This document shows, piece by piece, positions 59,543 through 64,000 of a stretch of DNA of 64,000 nucleotides. The notes beneath the pieces are model-generated. The model worked only from the letters and a program-made list of their open reading frames with translations. It was not told where the DNA came from and did not search any database. How positions within the stretch are numbered: the stretch's first letter is position 1; the number at the start of each line of letters is the position of its first letter. The stretch lies in the NCBI GenBank assembly GCA_001724265.1, contig MEDY01000237.1:1-64000 (forward strand), read 5' to 3'. Both the position numbers and the translations under genes were made by a program. The stretch comes from Rhizaria sp. SCN 62-66 (lineage: Eukaryota).

Positions 59543-61881
59543 ATGAGTAGTCTTGGTCGCGCCGCACTCTCGGCCACTGCGCGCACTCTCGTTCCTCGCC
59601 ACCGCGCCGCGGCATCGGCGACGACAGCAGTCTCTCGCTCTTTCTCATCCTCGAGCAACAACAACGATGACAACGAGAACAGCAACAAGCCGTCCCCTGT
59701 CCCTGTCCCTGCCGCTCCCGCCAAGAACATCCCCGAGCCCGACGCGCTGCTGTTTGCCGCGCTGCGCCGCGCGGGCCTCAGTGCCGCGACCCTCCGCTCC
59801 ATCGGCGACCTCGCGCTCTCCGGCAAGAGCAAAATCACCCAAACCTCTCCCACTAACTCTGGCGCTGCTGCTGCTGCTCCGGGCGCTGTGTCGCTGCCAC
59901 CCGTGCTACAGAACCTCATCGCCGCGCTGGCCGCGGACCCGCAGCTGCCCCTGCGCGCGCCGCGTGACATTGATGCCGCGCTGGCCGACCCCGCCGTGCG
60001 AGCGACGCTGACGGAGGGCGAGCTGGAGACGATCCGGCGCGTGCTCACGCTTGCGCCCACGGTCACGGACCCCTCGGCCGCGCCACGCGCGCCGCTGGGC
60101 TCCTTCGGCAACAACAACAGCTTCAATGCGACCGCGAGTGTGAGTGCGAGTGCGGGTGGCGCGCTCGAAGCCCTGCCGACGCTGCCCGTCCCGCTCGACG
60201 CGCGCCTGCAGCGGGCGACGCGTGCCATCGACCAGGAGCTCTTCGCGAGCGTCATGACCACCGACCTCCCGCGCGCGCGCCGTCTGTTGGCCGCCAAGGC
60301 GGACCCCAACGCGTGGGACCCCGTGCTGCTGACGCCGCTGACAGTTGCGTTGCGCACGCCGAACAACCGCGCGCTGCTCGCGCTGCTGGCCGACGCGGGC
60401 GCGCTCGTCGGCCACCTGCTGCCCGCGACCAACTTCACGGAGGCGCGCGACGCGGCGGCCGCGGCTGCAGCGGTCTCGGACGTCAAGGGGCGGAACCCGG
60501 GGGTGCTGAATGGCGCCGAGATCGGCCAGATGGGCGCGATTCCCAACGGGAATAGCATCGTCGCGCATCTCACCTCCGACTCTTCTTTGAACACTGGCAA
60601 CACAGCAAGCACTGCAAGCGGCACCAACGGCAGCACCGGCAGCAAGTGGCGCGGACTCGCGGCCCCCGTGCAGCTGGCGCCGATCCACATCGCGGCGACG
60701 CTGGGCGACGCCGACAACCTGGCCTTTCTGCTCGAGCGCGGCGCGCCCGTGTCCTCGCGGACCTCGCTCGGCGACACGGCACTCCACCTGGCCGCCGCGG
60801 CCGCCAAGCCCGCCGCAGTGGAGCTGCTGCTGCGGCAGGGCGCCGAGCCCAACGCGCGCTCGCCCCAGGGCACCACCGCGCTGCACGAGGCGCTTCGCGC
60901 AGCGCCGTCGCCGCAGTCGCGTATGGCCGTCGACCAGCTGCTGTTTGCGCGGGCCAACCCCGAGGCAATGGCGGCCGACACGCTCGACTCGCCGCTCACG
61001 CTCGCGGCGCGCGTCGGCGACCCCGTCACCATCAAGTTCCTCCTGGCCTACGGCGCTGACCCCAGCGCGATGGCGGCCAGCGGAGCCGTGCCCGTCGCGG
61101 CCGCCATCGAGGCCGGCAACGGGCCCGCGGGCCGCGCGCTCGCCGCCGCGGGCGCACGCGTCGGGCTCGGCTCGGACCGCCGCTACGGCAACCCCAGCAG
61201 CGGCCACGGCCACGGCGGGGTGTCGGGCGTGGAGGCTGCGGCGAGCGCGGCGGGCGGCAGCATGCTGCACTTGGCGGCGCGTAAGAACAAGGCGGGCGCG
61301 GTGGCGTGGCTGGTCCAGGCCATTACGGCCGAGGAGACGGCGCCCGCGAACCCGCGCTTCCCGCAGGCCAGTCAAAACAGCCACAACAACCACAACGACC
61401 TTGGCGGTAACGACGGTTCGAGCGCCAGCGCCAGCGTTAGGGCGAGTGCGAATGCGGGTGCGGCCAAGGAGGGCGCGCGCCGGCCGTCTGTGGACCAGCC
61501 CGACTCGGCGGGCGCGACGCCGCTGCTGGCCGCGGCCCGCGTCGGCGCGCTCGAGGCTCTGAGCGCGCTGCTCTCTGTCGGCGCGAGCCCCGACCTGGCG
61601 TGCCACCAGGGCCACACGCCGCTGCTCGCCGCCGCGCTGCGCGGGGACGCGCGGATGACCACGACGCTGCTGCAGTGGCGCGCGGCGGCCGACCTGCCCT
61701 GCGCGGGACTGCTCGGGGTCACACCGCTCATGATGGCCGCGCGCGTCGGCAGCGCTGAGTGCGTGGCCGCGCTGCTCCAGGCCGGGGCCAGTGCCGCGCG
61801 GGCCGATGTTAAGGGCCGCGATGCGCTGGGGTGGGCGCGGGACGGCGCCGAGGCCGCGGGGGCAGAGATCGCGGTCGCCGG

Positions 61882-61918
<37 letters not shown>

Positions 61919-64000
61919 GGCGGCAGCGGCAGCGGCAGCAGCAAGACTAGCAATGGGACTGTTGTGACGAGCAGTGGCAAGGGCAAGGGCGCAAACGGCT
62001 GGGACGAGATTGTGGCGCTGCTTGTGGCCGCTGAGGCGAAGTAGCGCGGTAGCGGCGGTGGTACTAGCAACCGCAGTTCCGGTGGCAACAATGGCGGCGG
62101 GTCGAATAACTCTGGTGGCAATGGCAGTGGACTCGCGGCAGCAACATAGGCAAACCGGCATACCTTTGAATCTCTTTTTAACAACGCCAACAACAATGGC
62201 AACAACAAATCAGACAAGAAGAACGCTAAGACGAGCTCGAACACCGACACGACCCGTCATAGTTCAAGTCAAAACACGTCCACTGTGAAAAGCTCACACA
62301 GCAGCACCGAGACCAGCCCCAGCCACGACCGCAACATCGGCAGTAGTCCCCGCCGCCGCAATGTTAGCGCCGCCAGCCGCAACCGCAACAGCAGCAGCGG
62401 CGGCAGCAGCGGTGGCGGCAGCAGCATCGCCGTCGACCGTGCGGCCGCCGCCGCCGCCGCCGCGGCCCGCGCAGCCGGGGACCCTTCGGGCGGCGCGCGG
62501 GCGGTGCAGACGGCGGCGGCGGTCGAGTCCGCGCAGCGGCGCCTGCTGCTCGACAGCGCCATGGTCCCGGGGCTCAGTGTGGTGGCGCTGCCGACCGCGG
62601 CCGAGGCGGCGGCGGCGAGTGTGGCTCGCGAGTGGGAGCAGGAGGAAGACGACGAGGCCGAGGTCGAGCACGGGTTTCTGCGGAACCTGCACAGCGGCGG
62701 TGTAAGTAAGCTGAGCTTGAATAGCGGCGAAGACGATATCGGTCCTGTCGCTGTGCGGGGCGCCAAGAGTGTGGCTGCCGTCGTCACCGACAGTGGCGAG
62801 GAGCTCGACCCCTTCGTCAATAACAGTGACATCGTCGATGTCTTGGACACCAACACTGTTGACCTTGACAGCGACGTTGAGCGCGCGTTTGGGGCGAGCA
62901 ACAACAAAAACAAGCCTAAGTCAACGTCAAAGACTGCTCACATCGCTCCTGCCGTGTACACCGACGTTGAGGGCAACGAAACCGTCGTCAGCGCCGCTGC
63001 TAGCCGCGGCCCGCTGTCCGACGCGGAGGCGGAAGCCGAGGCCGAGGCCGTGTTGCAGCGCCTCATTGCCGACTCCGACTCCGAGTCAGCCGCCGGCCTG
63101 CGCGAGCGGCCGCGCCCGTCGTCGGCGCGCTCGCCGCCGCAGCGCGACCCGCAGTACGAGGAGCCGCTGCAGCGCAGCGTCGAGGGGCTGGCCGTGCGCC
63201 GCGGCGGCGTTCACCCCGTCACGGGACTGCCACTGGCTGCCGCCACCGCCGCCGTGTACCTCGACAGCGGTAGCGAAGGGGTCGAGTTCGGCCCTCTTGG
63301 CAGCGACAGCGACGGGCGGCTATTCATCAGCCGCGGTCACGGTTACGGTGGCGGCGACGACGCTGGGTCTGGCATGGAGTTCGACACCGCGAGCGGCAGC
63401 GGCAGCGACGGGGACTTCCGTGTCACTCACGGCCGTCGCAGCCTCGGCCGTCGCCGCGACGGCGGCGACAGCGACGGCGTCGACAGCGACGGGTACGACT
63501 CCGAGGGCCGCAAAGTAATCCGCGTGGTCAACGATGCCGGCGAGGTCGAGGTGTACGTGTTTTCTGACTCGGACGGCGAGCCGCGCTCACTCGACGAGGC
63601 CATGGAGGCGGTCTACAGGGCCACCGACGCCGACGCTGATGCCGCGGACAGCGACGGGCCGGACGCCGCGCTCGTCGCGCTTGCCAACGCCACCGATGTC
63701 GACGCGGACCACTTCTTCTCCGCGCACGGGCCCAGCGACGCGGCCGGCCGGGCGGACCCGTTTGGGTACTTCTCCAGCCAGAGCGAGAGCGAGGGCGCCG
63801 TTCTTCTGCACCGCGGCGGCGGCAGCAACAACGGCAACGGCGGCCGCAAGCTGCTGCCGCCGGTGCCCCCGCTGGGCGGCGGCTCCGGCGCGGCGCTGCA
63901 CGGCCACGGGCACGGGTACGCAACACACGGGTCGCTCGCATACGGGGACTACCTGCCGGGCGTTGTGCGTGACGCCTGTGCCCCCGGCGCGGTGCTCAGC
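59543..64000 (+). CDS. Ankyrin-repeat protein with putative mitochondrial presequence; reads through TAGs at 62042-62044 and 62147-62149 and stays open to the window end (3' partial)
   Basis: N-terminus MSSLGRAALSATARTLVPRHR…SRSFSS is R/S/A-rich and acid-free. Ankyrin motifs include APIHIAA, GDTALHLAA, GTTALHEA, SPLTLAA, GATPLLAAA, GHTPLLAAA and GVTPLMMAA. The same frame has no TAA or TGA from 59543 to 64000. Confidence 0.75.

Overview
Gene-dense eukaryotic nuclear DNA, probably from a protist, with GC-rich exons and AT-rich spliceosomal introns of about 100-390 nt. Fourteen protein genes can be built by hand: UBC12 (NEDD8 E2), a large coiled-coil protein, TAF2, a peroxisomal long-chain fatty alcohol oxidase, NAP1/NCKAP1 (WAVE complex), a cyclophilin, MSH3, a three-CNB cyclic-nucleotide-dependent kinase, RPL37A (lacking 19 nt), three tandem ceramide synthases, a hugely expanded RlmJ-like rRNA methyltransferase, and an ankyrin-repeat protein that runs off the window. 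The main signal is that TAG appears to be a sense codon. Four in-frame TAGs interrupt three otherwise continuous genes, and in one of them the C-terminus shared with its paralog lies downstream of the TAG. All 13 visible gene ends use TAA (7) or TGA (6); that count uses the read-through ends for two of the TAG-containing genes. This suggests a nuclear code with UAG reassigned or read through (Gln or Leu, not resolvable here). Secondary signals are extreme in-frame low-complexity expansion of some conserved proteins and a near-invariant GTACG 5' splice site (18 of 19 introns). All gene models and family calls come from manual reading and remembered motifs; no searches were run.
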